In this document: positions 12,401 through 26,800 of the stretch, in pieces
Layout of the letters: every line of letters begins with the position of its first letter
Position numbering within the stretch: the stretch's first letter is position 1
Assembly: GCF_004010195.1 (NCBI RefSeq)
Contig: NW_025215107.1
Coordinates: 3,016-63,907, forward strand
Direction: 5' to 3'
Source: Chiloscyllium plagiosum
Lineage: Eukaryota
Length of the DNA stretch: 60,892 nucleotides
Translations under genes and position numbers: made by a program
The notes under the pieces: generated by a model
Told to the model about the DNA's origin: nothing
Databases searched by the model: none
The model's input: the letters and a program-made list of their open reading frames with translations, nothing else

Positions 12401-15400
12401 GTGACATTCTCTAACAGACTGTGACACTCTCTGACTCTCTCTGACAAGCTCATAGACACACTGTGACACTCTCTGATTCTCTCTGACACTCTCTGAGACA
12501 CACTGTGACACTCTCTGGCAGGCTGTTTCACACTGTGACTCTCTCTGAGAGAGTATGACACACTGACACTCTGTGACACTCTCTTAGACACACTGCAACA
12601 CTCTCTGACTCTCTCTGACACTCTCTAAGACACACTGTGACATGCTCTGACTCTCACTGTCACTCTCTGAGATACACTGTATCATGCTCTGACAGACTGT
12701 GACAATTTCTGTGACACACTTTGTCACTGTCTGAACGTCTCTGATATACTGTGACACTTTCTGTGTCAAACTATGACACTCTCTGAATGACTGTGACACT
12801 CTCTGACACACGGTGACATTTTCTGAAACACTGTGACTCTCTCTGAGACACACTGTGACACTTTCTGTCTCTCTCTGACTCCCTGAGACACGCTGTGACA
12901 CTCGCTGATCCGCTCTGACACTCTCTGAGACAGACAGTTACACTCACTGACTCTCTCTGACACACACTATGACACTTTCTGAGTCTCTCTGACACACTGT
13001 GACACAGTCTGACTCTATCTGACACTATCTAAGGCACAGTATGACATATTATGACATATTCTGACTCACTCTGACATCTCTGAGACACACTGAGACACGC
13101 TGACATCTCTGAGACACGCTCTCACAGACTGTGACACTCTCTGAGCCAAATGCTGACACTCTCTGACACTGTCTGAGACACAGTATGACACACTGTGACA
13201 CTTTCTGACTCTCTCTGAGATTACTCTGCAATACACTGTAAGATTCTCTAACTGATTATGTCACACTTTGACACTCTCTGAGAAACACTGTGACAATTTC
13301 TGACTCTCTCTAATACTCTGAGACACACTGTGAAACTCTCTTAGACTCACTGTGACCCTCTGTTACACTCTCTGAAAGACCATGACACACTGTGACACTC
13401 TCTGACAGACTGTGACACATTGAGACACTCTCAAAGGCAGACTGTGACACTTTCTCACTCTCGCTGGCTCACTCTGAAATATGCTTTAACCTTCTCTGAC
13501 AGACTGGGACACTCCCTGACACTTTGAGAGGCACTGTGACACTCTATGATCCTATCTGATACTCTCGGAGACACACTGTGATACAGTCTGCCTCTATCTG
13601 ACACTCTCTGAGGCACAGTATGAATTACTGTGACATTCTCTGACACACTCTGAAATCTCGGAGACACACTGTGACACTCTCTCACAGACTGTGACCATCT
13701 CTGAGCCAACTGCTGACACTCTGTGACACTCTCTGAGACATAGTATGACACTCTCTGACAGACTGTGACACACTGAAACACGCTCTGACTCTCTCTGACA
13801 CTCTCTTAGACACACTGTGACACTCTATGATCCTATCCAACACTCTCTGAGACACACTGTGACACTCTCTGAAACTCTCTGAAAAGCACTGTGACACTCT
13901 CTGACACACGCTGAGACACACTGTGACACTCTCTGAAACTCTCTGAAAAGCACTGTGACGCTCTGATAGACTGTGACAACTGTGACACTCTCTGACAGAT
14001 AGTGACACTTGCAGATTTCTCTGAATCTCTGACACACACTGTGATACTGTCTGTCACTCTCTGAGACACAGTGTGACACTCTCTGACAGACTGTGACACA
14101 CTGAGACACACTCTAAGCCGCGCTGTGACACTCTCTGATCTTATCTGACACTCTCAGAGACACACTGTGACACTCTCTGACAGACTGTGACACTCTCTGA
14201 CACTTTGAGATGCACTGTGACACTCTCTGACACTCTCTGAAAAGCACTGTGACACTCTCTGACAGACTGTAACACACTGTGACACTCTCTGAAACACACT
14301 GTGACACTCTCCGACCCACCGTGATACACTGTGACACTCTGAGACACAATATGACACTCTCTGACAGACTGTGACACTCTGACTCTCTCTGAGTCTCTCT
14401 TAGACACACTGAGACACTCTCTTAGACACACTGAGACACTCTCTGAGACGCACTGTGACACTGCTGATCTTATCTGACACTCTCTGAGACACACTGTCAC
14501 ACTCTCTAACAGACTGTGACACACTGTGACACTTTGAGACGCACTGTGACACTCTGCGATCCTATCTGACACTCTCTGAGACACACTGTGACACTCTCTG
14601 AGACACACTGTTACATTCTCTGACACTCTCTGAGACACACTGTGACACTCTCAGAGACAGTCTGTAACACTTTCTGACTCTCCCTGTCTCTCTGACACAC
14701 ACTGTGAAACTTTCTGATCCTATCGGACTCTCTCTGAGACACACTGTGACACTCTCTGACAGACTGTGACACACTGTGACACTCTCTGACACTTTCGTAG
14801 AGACACTGTGACACTTTCTGACTCTCGGAGACCCACTGTGACATTCTCTTATACAGTTTGTGACACTTTCTTACTCTCTCTGGTACTCTTTGACGCACAC
14901 TGTGACACTCTCTGACAGACTGTGACACACTGAGACACTCTCAAAGACAGACTGTGACACTTTCAGAATGTCTCTGACACTCTCTGAGGCACACTGTGAC
15001 ACTCTCTTACAGACTGAGACACACTGTGAAACTCTCTGAGACAGACTGTGACGCTTTCTGACTCTCTCTGACTCACGCTTAAATATACTGTAAACTTCTC
15101 TGACAGACTTTGACACACTGTGACACTCTCCGGGAGAGACTGTGACACTTTCTGACTCTCTCTGACTCTCTGAGACACACTGTGACACTCACTAAGACAC
15201 ACTGAGGCACTCTCTGACAGACTGTGACACTCTCTAACTCCCCCTGAGACTATCGTAGGCACACTGTGACACTCTGTCACACACTCTGAGGCACATTGTG
15301 CCACACACTGACACACTGTGACACTCTCTGAGACAGACTGTGACTCTTTCTGACTCTCTCTGTTGCTCTGTGACACACTGTGATACTCTCTGAGACACAC

Positions 15401-18400
15401 TATGATACTCTCTGAGACACACTGTGACACATTATGACTCTCTCTGACACTCTGATTCACACTGTGACACTCTCTGACAGACTGTGACACACTGTGATAC
15501 TCTCTGAGACAGACTGTGACACGTTCTGACTCTCTGAGACAAAAGGCTGAAACTCACTGAGACACAATGTGACAATCTCGGACAGACTGTGACACTCTCT
15601 GACTCTCTATGAAATACACTGTGACACTCTTAGACACTCTCTGAGACGCATTGTGACACTCTCTGATCCTACCTGACTCTCTCTGAGATACGCTGTGACG
15701 CTCTGTGACAGACTGCGACACATTGTGACACTTTCTGACTCTCTGAGACACACGCTGACTCTCTCTGACACTCTCTGAGACAGACTATGACACTATCTGA
15801 CTCTCTCTGATACCCTCTGAGGCACAGCATGACACAATGTGACATACTCTGACAGGTTGTGACAAACTGTGACATTCTCTGAAAATCTCTAAGACACATT
15901 GTGACACTCTCTGACTCTCTCTTTCATCCTGTGAGATACACTGTGTCACGCTCTGACAAACTGTGACAATTTCTGTGACATACTATGACACTCTCTGAAC
16001 GACTGTGACACTCTCTGACACACGGTGACAATTTTTGAGACTCTGTGACTCTCCCTGAGAAACACTGTGACACTCTCTGACACTCTCTGAGACACACTGT
16101 GACACTCTCTGACCCGTTCTGTCACTCTCTGAGACAGACTGTGACAATCTCTGACACTCTCTGACACACACTGTGACACTTTCTGACTTTCTCTGAGACA
16201 CACTGTGATACAGTCTGACTCTATCTGACACTCTCTGAGGCACATTATGACATACTGTGACACTCTCTGACTCACTCTGACATCTCTGTAACACACTGTG
16301 GCGCTCTCTCACAGACTGTGACACTCTCTGAGCCAAAAGCTGACACTCTCTGAAAATTTCTGAGGCACAGCATGACACACTCTGACACATTCTGACTCTC
16401 TCTGAGACACTCTGCAATACGCTGTAAGATTCTCTGACAGATTGTGTCACACTGTGACCCTCTCTGAGAAAACCTATGACACTTTCTGACTCTCTCTAAC
16501 ACTCTGAGACACACTGTGAACCTCTCTTAGACTCACTGTGACCCTCTGTGACACTCTCTGAAAGACTGTGACACACTGTGACACTCTCAAAGACAGACTG
16601 TGACACATTCTTATTCTCTCTGACACTCTCTGAGGCACACGGTGACACTCTCTGACAGACTGTGACACACTTAGACACTCTCAAAGACAGACTGTGACCC
16701 TTTCTCACTCTCTCTGGCTCACTCTGAAATATACTGTAACCTTCTCTGACACACTGTGACCCACTGTGACACTCTCAGAGACAGACTGTGACACTTTCTG
16801 ACTCTCTCTGAAACACACTGTGACACTCTCTGAGAGACTGTGACACACTGTGACACTCTCTGAGTCACTCTGAGGCACACTGGGACCCTCTCTGACAATT
16901 TGAGACGCACTGGGACTCTCTCTGACAGACTGTGACACACTCTGACACAGTCTGCGACATACTGGGACCCTCTCTGATAATTTGAGACGCACTGTGACAC
17001 TCTCTGATCCTATCCGACACTCTCTGAGACACACTGTGACACTCTCTGACAGACTGTGCTACACTGTGACACTGTCTGAGACTCTCAGAGATACACTGGG
17101 ACCCTCTCTGACAATTTGAGACGCACTGTGACACTCCCTGACAGACTGTGACACACTGTGACACACTCTAACACACACTGTGACATTCGCTGACATTCTT
17201 TGAAACACACTGTGACACTCTCGGACAAACTGTGACACACTCTGACACCATCTGCGACACACTGGGACCCTCTATGACATTTTGAGACACACTGTAACAC
17301 TCTCTGATCCTATTCAACACTCTCTGAGACACACTGTGACACTCTCTGAAAAGCACTGTGACACTCTGACAGACTGTAACAACTGTAACACTCTCTGACA
17401 GATAGTGACACTTTCAGATTTTCTCTGAATCTCTGACACACACTGTGGTACTGTCTGTCACTCTCTGAGACACAATGTGACCCTCTCTGACAGACTGTGA
17501 CACACTGAGACACTCTCTGAGACGCGCTGTGACACTCTGATCTTATTTGACACTCTCGGAGACACACTGGGATACAATCTGACTCTCTATTACACTCTCT
17601 GAGGCACAGTATGACGTACTTTGACACTGTCTGACTCAATCTGACATCTCTCCGACACACTGTGACACTCTCTCACAGACTGTGACCATCTCTCAGCCAA
17701 ATGCTGACACTCTCTGACACTCTCTGAGACACAGTATGACAAACTGTGACACTCTCTGACTCTTTCGGAGACACACTGTAACACTCTCTCACAGACTGTG
17801 ACCGTCTCTGAGCCAAATGCTGACACACTCTGAGACACAGTATGACACAGTGTGACACTTTCTGACTCTCTCTGAGACACTCTACAATACACTGTAAGAT
17901 TCTCTGACAGACTACGTCATACTGTGACACTCTCTGAGAAAACCTGTGACACTTTCTGACTCTCTCTGACACTGAGACACACTGTGAAACTCTCTTGGAC
18001 TCACTGTGACACTCTGTGACACTCTCTGACAGACTGACACACTGAGACACTCTCAAAGACAGACTGACACTTTCTGACTCTCTCTGACACTCTCTGAGGC
18101 ACACTGTGACAATCTCTGAAAGACTGTGACACACTGAGACACTCTCAAAGACAGACTGTGACACTTTATAATTCTCCCTGACTCACTCTGAAATATACTG
18201 TAGCCTCTGACAGACTCTGACACATTGTGACACTCTCTGAGACAGACTGTGATACCTCCTGACTCTGTCTGAAATCTCTGAGACACACTGTGACACTCTC
18301 TCACAGACTGTGACACTCTCTGACTCTCTCTGAGACTCTTACACATACTGTGACACTCTCTGACTCTCTCTGAGGCACACTGTGACACACTGAAACACGC

Positions 18401-20271
18401 TCTGACTCTCTTTGGCACTCTCTTAGACACACTATGACACTCTCTGACTCTCGCTAACACTTTGAGTCGCACTATGACACTCTCTGATCCTATCTGACAC
18501 TCTCTGAGACACACTGTGACACTCTATGACTCTCTCTGAAACACACTGTCAAAATCTCTGTGAGACTGTGACAGACTGTGACACTCTCTGACTCTCTCTG
18601 AAACACACTGTGAAAATCTCTGTGAGACTGTGACACACTGTGACACTCTCTGAGAAACTGTGATACACTGTGACACTCTCTGAGACTGTCTGAGGCACAC
18701 TGGGACCCTCTCTGAGATTTTGAGATGCACTGTGACACTCTCTGATCCTATCCAACACACTCTGAGACAGACTGTGATGCTCTCTGACACTCTCTGAAAA
18801 GCACTGTGACACTCTCTGACAGACTGTGACAGAATGTGACACTCTCTGACTCTCTCTGAAACACACTGTGACACTCTCTGACAGACTGTGACACACTATG
18901 ACACTCTCTGAGACACAATATGACACACTCTGACAGACTGTTACACTCTGTGACACTTTGAGTCGCACTGTGACACTCTCTGTTCCTAGCTGACACTCTC
19001 TGAGACACACTATGACACTCTCTGACTCTCTCTGACATTTTCAGATGCACTGGGACACTCTCTGAGCCTATCTGACACTCTCTGAGACACACTGTGACAC
19101 TCGCTGACTCTCTCTGAAACACACTGTGACACTCTCTGTGAGACTGTGACAGACTGTGACACTCTCTGACTCTCTCTGAAACACACTGTGACACTCTATG
19201 AGAAACTATGACACACTGTGACACTCTCTCAGACTCTCTGAGGCACACTGGGACCCTCTCTGAGATTTTGAGATGCACTGTGACACTCTCTGATCCTACC
19301 TGACATACTCTGAGACAGACTGTGATGCTCTCTGACACTCTCTGAAAAGCACTGTGACACTCTCTGTGAGACTGTGACAGACTGTGACACTCTCTGACTC
19401 TCTCTGAAACACACTTTGACACTCTCTGTGAGACTGTGACACTCTCTGACTCTCTCTGAAACACACTGTGACACTCTCTGACAGACTGTGACACACTGTG
19501 ACACTCTCTGAGACACAATATGACACTCTCTGACAGACTGTGACACTCTGTGACACTTTGAGACGCACTGTGACACTCTCTGTTCCTAGCTGACACTCTC
19601 TGAGACACACTATGACACTCTCTGACTCTCTCTGACATTTTGAGATGCACTGGGACACTCTCTGAGCCTATCTGACACTGTCTGAGACACACTGTGACAC
19701 TCGCTGACTCTCTCTGAAACACACTTTGACACACTCTGACAGACTGTGACACTCTCTGAGACAGACTGTGACACTTTCTGATTCTCTCTGACTCTCTGAG
19801 ACACACTGTGACACTCAGTGAGACACACTGTGACACTCTCTGACAGACTGTGACACACTGAGACTCTCAAAGACAGACTGTGACACTTTCTGACTCACTC
19901 TGAAATATACTGTAGCCTTCTCTGACATACTGTGACACACTGTGACACTCTCTGAGACAGACTGTGACAGGTTCTAACTCTCTCTGACTCTCTGAGACAC
20001 ACTGTGACACTCTCTGCGGCTCACTGTGACACTCTCTGACTCCCTCTGACTCTCTGAGACACACTGTGACACTCTAGGAGACACACTGCGACATTCTCTG
20101 GCACACTGTGACACTCTCTGAGACAGACTGTGACACTTTCTGATTCTCTCTGACTCTCTGAGACACATTATGACACTCACTGAGACACACTGTGACCCTC
20201 TCTGACAGACTGTGACACTCTCTGATTCTATCTGACACTCTCTGAGACACACTGTGACACTTTCTGACTCT

Positions 20272-20481
20272 GAGGAGAAAGTAAGGTCTGCAGATGCTGG
20301 AGATCAGAGCTGGAAATGTGTTGCTGGAAAAGCGCAGCAGGTCAGGCAGCATCCAGGGAACAGGAGAATCGACGTTTCGGGCATAAGCCCTCTTTCTGAA
20401 GAAGGGCTTATGCCCGAAACGTCGATTCTCCTGTTCCCTGGATGCTGCCTGACCTGCTGCGCTTTTCCAGCAACACATTTC
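20272..20481. mobile_element. PLE-derived foldback insertion with 81-bp perfect inverted arms
   Basis: Arms 20311-20391 and 20403-20483 are exact reverse complements with an 11-nt spacer. Flanked by CACTTTCTGACTCT (20258-20271 and 20482-20495). Confidence 0.85.
20394..20426 (+). ncRNA. Minimal type I hammerhead ribozyme core (PLE type)
   Basis: CTGAAGA-A-GGGC(TTAT)GCCC-GAAA-C-GTC. Stem I is weak in this copy. Confidence 0.75.
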
Positions 20482-23400
20482 CACTTTCTGACTCTCCCTG
20501 GCTCTCTCTGACACTCTCTTAGACACACTGTGACACCCCCTGATCCTATCTGACACTCTCGGACACGCACTGGGACACTCTCTGAGACACATTGTGACAC
20601 TCTCTGACTCTCTGAGACACACTGTGACACTCTCTGAGACACACTGTGACACTCTGTGACAGACTGTGACACATTGTGACACACTGTGACACTCTCTGAC
20701 TCTCTCAGACACATGTTGATTATCTCGGACTCTCTCTGAGACAGAATGTGACACTCTCTGTGGCACTGCACGACACAGTGTGACACTTTCTGACAGGTTG
20801 TGACAAACTGTGACATTCTTTGACTTCCTCTGACACTCTCTTAGACACACTGTGACACTCTCTGACTCTCTCTGTCACTCTCTGAGACACACTGAGTCAC
20901 GCTTTGACAGACTGTGTCAATTTCTGTGAAACACTATGACACTCTCTGAACGTCTGTGACACACTGAGATACTCTCAAAGACAGACTGTGACACTTTCTG
21001 ACTCTCTCTGACACTCTCTAAGGCACACTGTGACACGCTCTGACAGACTGTGACACACTGAGACACTCTCAAAGACAGACTGTGACACTTTCTGACTATG
21101 TCTGAATCACTAGGAAATCTACTGTAGCCTTCTGTGACAGACAGTGACAAACTGTGACACTCTCTGAGACGGACTGTGACACTGTCTGACTCTCTCTGAG
21201 ACACACTGTGACACTCTCTGACACATGTGAGACAGACTGTGACACTCTCTGACACTCTCTGAAATACACTGTGACACGCTCTGTCAGACTGTGACACACT
21301 GCGACAAACTCTGACACTCGCTGAGACACACTGGGACACTCTCTGACTCTCTCTGACAATTTGAGACGCACTGAGACACTCTCTTATCCTATCTGAGACA
21401 CACTGTGACACTCTCTGACACATGTGACACACACTGTGACACTCTCTGACACTCTCTCAAATACACTGTGACACGGTCTGTCAGACTGTGACACACTGCG
21501 ACAAACTCTGACACTCGCTGAGACACACTGGGACCCTCTCTGACTCTCTCTGACAATTTGAGACGCACTGAGACACTCTCTTATCCTATCTGAGACACAC
21601 TGTGACACTCTCTGACAGACTGTGACACACTGTGTCACTCTCAAAGAAAGACTGTGACTTTTTCTGACTCCCTCTGACTCACTCTGAAATATACTGTAGC
21701 CTTCTCTGACAGAGCGTGACCCATGGTGTCACTCTCTGAGACAGACTGTGACACACTCTGACTCTCTGAGATACACTGTGATACAGTCTGACTCTCTGTG
21801 ACACTCTCGGAGGCACAATATGACACACTACGACACTCTCTGACTCACTCTGATCCTCTCTGAGACACACCGTGACACTCTCTTACAGACTGTGAAAATC
21901 TCTGAGACAAACTCTGACCATCTCTGACACTCTCTGAGACACACTGTGACACTCTCTGACAGACTGTGACACTCTATGACTCTCTCTGACACTTACGTAG
22001 ACACACTGTGACACTCTCTGACTCTCTCTCTGAAACACACTGTAACACTTTCTGACTCTCTCTGACTCTCTGAGACACACTGTGACTCTCTGTGACTCCC
22101 TCTGACACTCTGGAAAACACTGTGACACTCTCTGTCCCTCTCTGAGACACACTGTGACATTTGTTGACTCTCTCTCACACTCTCTGAGACACACTGTGAC
22201 ACGCTCTGAGACACACTGTGACTCTCTCTGACACTCTGAGATACCCTGTGATGCTCTCTCACACTCTCTGAGAAACACAGTAACGCTCTCTGACAGACTG
22301 TGACAGACTGTGACACTTTCTGTGACACACAATGACACTCTCTGACGGACGGTGACACTCTCTGACACTGGGTGACATTTTTTGAGACACTGTGACACTC
22401 TCTGAGACACACTGTGACACTCTCTGTCTCTCTCTGTCTCCCCGAGACACACTGTGTTACTCTCTGACCCGCTCTGACATTCTCTAACTCTCTCTGAGAC
22501 ACACTGTGACTCTCTCAGAGACAGACTGTGACACGTTCCGACTCTCCCTGACTCTCTGAGACACGCTGTGGCCCTCTTAGACATACTGTTACACTCTCTG
22601 ACCCTCTCTGACACTCTCTGAAGCACACTGTGACACTCTGACAGAATGTGACACTCTGACCCTGTCAGTCACTCTCTGAGACACTCTGTGACACTCTCTG
22701 AATCTCTCTGCCACTCTCTGAAACATACTGTGACACTCTATGACACACTGTGACACTCTCTGAACGACTCTAACAGACTGTGACATTTTCTGTGACACAC
22801 GATGACACTCTGACAGACTGTCACACTCTCTGACAAACGGTGACATAATCTGAGACACTGTGATACTCTCTGATACACTCTGTAACACTTTCAGTATCTG
22901 TCTGACTCCCTGAGACACACTGTGACACTCGTTGACACACCGCGACACTCTCTGACCGACTGTGATACTCTGACACACGGTGACATTCTCTGAGAAATTG
23001 TGACTCTCTGAGACACACTGTGACACATTCTGACGCTCTCTGACGCTCTTTTAGACACAGTGTGACACTCCCTGACTCTCTCTGACACTCTAAGACCCAC
23101 TGTGACCCTCTCTGACACTCTCTAAGACACGCTGTGACACTCTCTGACCGACTCTGACACTCTCTGAGACACACAATGACAACCTCTGACCCTGTCTGAG
23201 ACGGACTGTGAAACTCTCTCACTCTCTCTGGCACAGCACGATGTGAAACTCTCTCACTCTCTCTGGCACAGCACGATACACTGTGGCACTCTCTGACAGA
23301 TTGCGATAAAGTGTGACATTCTCTGACTTTCTCTGGCACTCTCTTAGACACACTGTGACACTCTCTGACTCATTCTGACCCACTCTGAGACACACTATGA

Positions 23401-24997
23401 CACTCTCTCACAGACTATGACCCTCTCTGAGACAAACGCTGACCCTCTCTGACACTCTCTGAGACAGAGTACGACTCACTGTGACACTCTCTGACTCTCT
23501 CTGACACACTCTCTGACAGACTGTGACACTCTCTGAAACACACTGTGACACTCTCCAAAACACACTGTGACACTCTCTGACTATCTCGACCACACTGAGA
23601 TACACTATGACACTCTGACAGAAAATGACACACTGTGACATTTCTGATTTTCTCTGACACTCTCTGAGGCACACTGTGACAATCCCTGAACCTCTCTGAG
23701 ACAGACTGTGACACTTTCTGATGCTCTCTTAGACAGACTGCGACACTTTCGGATGCTCTCTGAGACTCCCTTAGACACACTGTAACATTACTTGACTCTT
23801 TCTGACCCGCTGAGACACACTGTGACACTTTCAGACCCTCTCTGACACTCTCTGAAACTAACTGTGACACTCTTTGACAGACCGTGACAGACTGTGACAC
23901 TCTCTGTGACACTCTCTGAGACACACTGCGACACTTCCTGACCGACTGTGACAGACTGTGACATTTTCTCTGACACACTGTGACTCTCTGACTGACTGTG
24001 ACATGTCTGAAACTCTCTGACACTCTCTGAGACACACTGTAACACTCTATGACACTCACGGAGACGCACTATGACACTCTCTGACAGACTCTGAAACACT
24101 GTGACATTCTCTGACTTTCTCTGACTCTCTCTGAGGCACACTGTGACACACTGTGACAGACCGACACTCTCTGAGACACACTGTGACACTCTCTGATTAT
24201 CTCTGACACTCTGAGACACACTGTGACACTCTGTGACATTCTCTGACCCTCGCTGAGACACACTAACACTCTCTGAATCCCTCTGGTACTCACTGGGATA
24301 CACTGTGACACTCTCTGACTGAATGTGACACTCTCTGACAGACGGTTACACTCTCTGAGACACACTGTGACAAAATCTGAGACACACTGTGACACTCTCT
24401 GACTGAATGTGACACTCTCTGACAGACGGTGACACTCTCTGTGACACACTGTGATACTCTCTGAGACACACTGTGACACTCTGTGACATTCTTTGACCCT
24501 CGCTGAGACACACTAACACTCTCTGAATCGCTGTGGAACTCACTGAGACACACTGTGACACTCTCTGACCGAATGTGACACTCTCTGACAGACGGCTACA
24601 CTCTCTGTGACACACTGTGACACTCTCTGACTGACTGTGACATGTCTCAAACTCTCAGACACTCTCTGAGACACACTGTAACACTCTATGACACTCACTG
24701 AGACACACTATGACACTCTCTGACAGACTATGAAACACTGTGACATTCTCTGACTTTCTCTGACTCTCTCCGAGACACACTGTGACACACTGTGACAGAC
24801 GGTGACACTCTCTTAGACACACTGTGACACTCTCTGTGACACACTGTGACACTCTCTGACAGACGATGACACTCTCTGTGACACACTGTGATACTCTCTG
24901 AGAAACACTGTGGCACTCTCTGACAGACGGTGACACTCTCTGTGACACACTGTGATACTCTCTGAGACACACTGTGACACTCTCTGACTGAATGTGA

Positions 24998-26800
24998 CAC
25001 CTTTTGCCCCCAGCCCTGCGCCACAGCCGAACTCAGATCCCATGAATCATGTGGTTACCCAGTGTAAAGCAGCTTATGGTCTCACTCCGTACACAACAGC
25101 CAGTCCAGGCACCCAGCTGGTGGGCAGCACCAAAAAGATCCCGTCTCTGGCACAGATACATGTTTGGATGAGATTGTCATACACAGAGTGGATGCTGAGG
25201 AGCAAGCCAAATGATTCGCCATGTGCCTTAGTCCAGCAGGCCATTCAGCCCTCCCTGAGGGCCAACAGCTAGGGAGGGGCATCCATAATGTGATGAAGGC
25301 AGCGATCCTCACTGCTCGAGGGCAAGATAAGGCATATCCTGCAGAGGCGCTGCATAACTGCAGAACAACAACCAAGGGAATGCCCCTCCCCTCCCCCCGT
25401 CAACTTCACCTGGAGACTCTGGGTTCAATTTGTCTGGATTTTTGGGGATGAGAAACTGGGCCCGACCTGTTGTCTCCCATGTCTCAGAAAGGAGGAGGGA
25501 CACCTGGGGTTCGACCCCTCAGACGCGCCCGTAATGAGGCTTGGGCTCTCTGCTAATTAATTGCTGAATAGGAAATAGACTTTAGGGATTTCCACATTGT
25601 GTTACAGGACCTCAGGGATCAGAAGCGATTGGTAAGGTTTCCCCGAGAATGGGTGCATGGTAGTAGGATACCAAGCACCCTGCCTGGAATAGGGGTCATT
25701 TTCGGACAGCGATATCCCAGGAAGCCCACCAGAGAGAATTCCTCAGAAACAAAATTAAAAACGGGCTGAGAACAGGAGGGAAGGCTCCTCCCCCAGCTTG
25801 TCCCACACATACCAGGCTCTCACAATGGACTAGTCATGAAACTCACAGGGAATTCCTTGTTCACGAACATTTATCACAAACTGACACTAATCATAATGAA
25901 TGTATCAGGGATACAGTCATCAGAGTGGTGTCCTTCCCCATTAAAATAATCATGTTCCCAACTGACCTACAGGATAATGGGACAAAGGACAGGTAAATTT
26001 GAAGGAAAACACAGAACCCAGAGAAGTAATTAACAGACAAAAGAAAAGGGAACTCCATAATGATTTAGCCACAGTATACGAGTCCACCCCCAGGGCAGGA
26101 GTGTTACTGGTCAGAACGCTGATTTGGCTAATTTGGAGAATAAACGCAGGATCCTGACCCAACAACTCTCTAATGAGCCTGAGAAAGACTGAATACAGAA
26201 AACCCAGAGGAGACCATGGGACAACTCGTGGAGAATCAGGCTAACCATCATTAGTGACCAAACTGGAGGGTAACGCCAACACGATTAACCAGATCATCCA
26301 CGGCCCAAGCAGAGATGACGGTGAGCAGTAAAACCACACCCTGTGCAGTAATGGGATGATGGAACAGCTGAGGGAGGAGCTCAGGCAGGCCAGCCAAGGG
26401 CAAGTCCCATCCCGGGTTAGTGACAAACAGCATAAATATTTGTTCCAAGAGAATACCCACACGAACATCTCTCACTGTCAGTGACAGCAGCTCACCAAGG
26501 GCTGGGTTAATGACAGCTGTAAGGACACTCTCAGTGGGACACCTGAGCTTGGTGCGAGGGATTCCACTTAACCCAAGTGACCAAAGTTAGGATGAAGTCC
26601 AAATTATCTGAGTTGTTGTAAAAATTGTATTTGGATGGGCTACCATGATTACTGTGGAGATAGAGGGAACATTGCCAGGGATCATACTTACGTAAATTGG
26701 AAGGAACAGATCATACCATGACATGCCCATAGCCTGTTATCCAAGAATTCGGCTCCTCTCACATCGGCTGTGGTCCCAACCGCACTCACCTTGATATATC
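24998..26800 (+). mobile_element. Decayed endogenous retrovirus/LTR-element relic with gag-like and env-like remnants; no pol seen
   Basis: Broken + frames. Gag-like: DPMNHVVTQCK..YTT..TQL and VDAEEQAK*FAMCLSPAGHSALPEGQQLGRGIHNVMKAAILTARG. Env-like: GLVMKLTGNSLFTNIYHKLTLIIMNVSGIQSSEWCPSP, RQKKRELHNDLATVY, NADLANLENKRRILTQQL, LEGNANTINQII..LCSNGMMEQLREELRQASQGQVPS. Assignment by recognition only. Confidence 0.55.

Larger units (their letters stand above)
4683..24997. repeat. ~20 kb complex tandem array, core GACACACTGTGACACTCTCTGA, with higher-order block duplications
   Basis: Continuous TG/AC/TC/AG dinucleotide mosaic with 10-12 bp subunits and a ~22 bp core. Marker words recur (GATCCTATC, GAGCCAAATGCTGA, GAAATATACTG). 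Interrupted by a SINE and a PLE foldback. Confidence 0.97.

Noticed and set aside
4555..25043. Many overlapping minus-strand ORFs rich in S/V/C/E/R/Q (up to 362 aa)
   Set aside because: Translations of the (WS)n satellite. They are open in all three frames because the minus strand has few stops, and they contain no domain.
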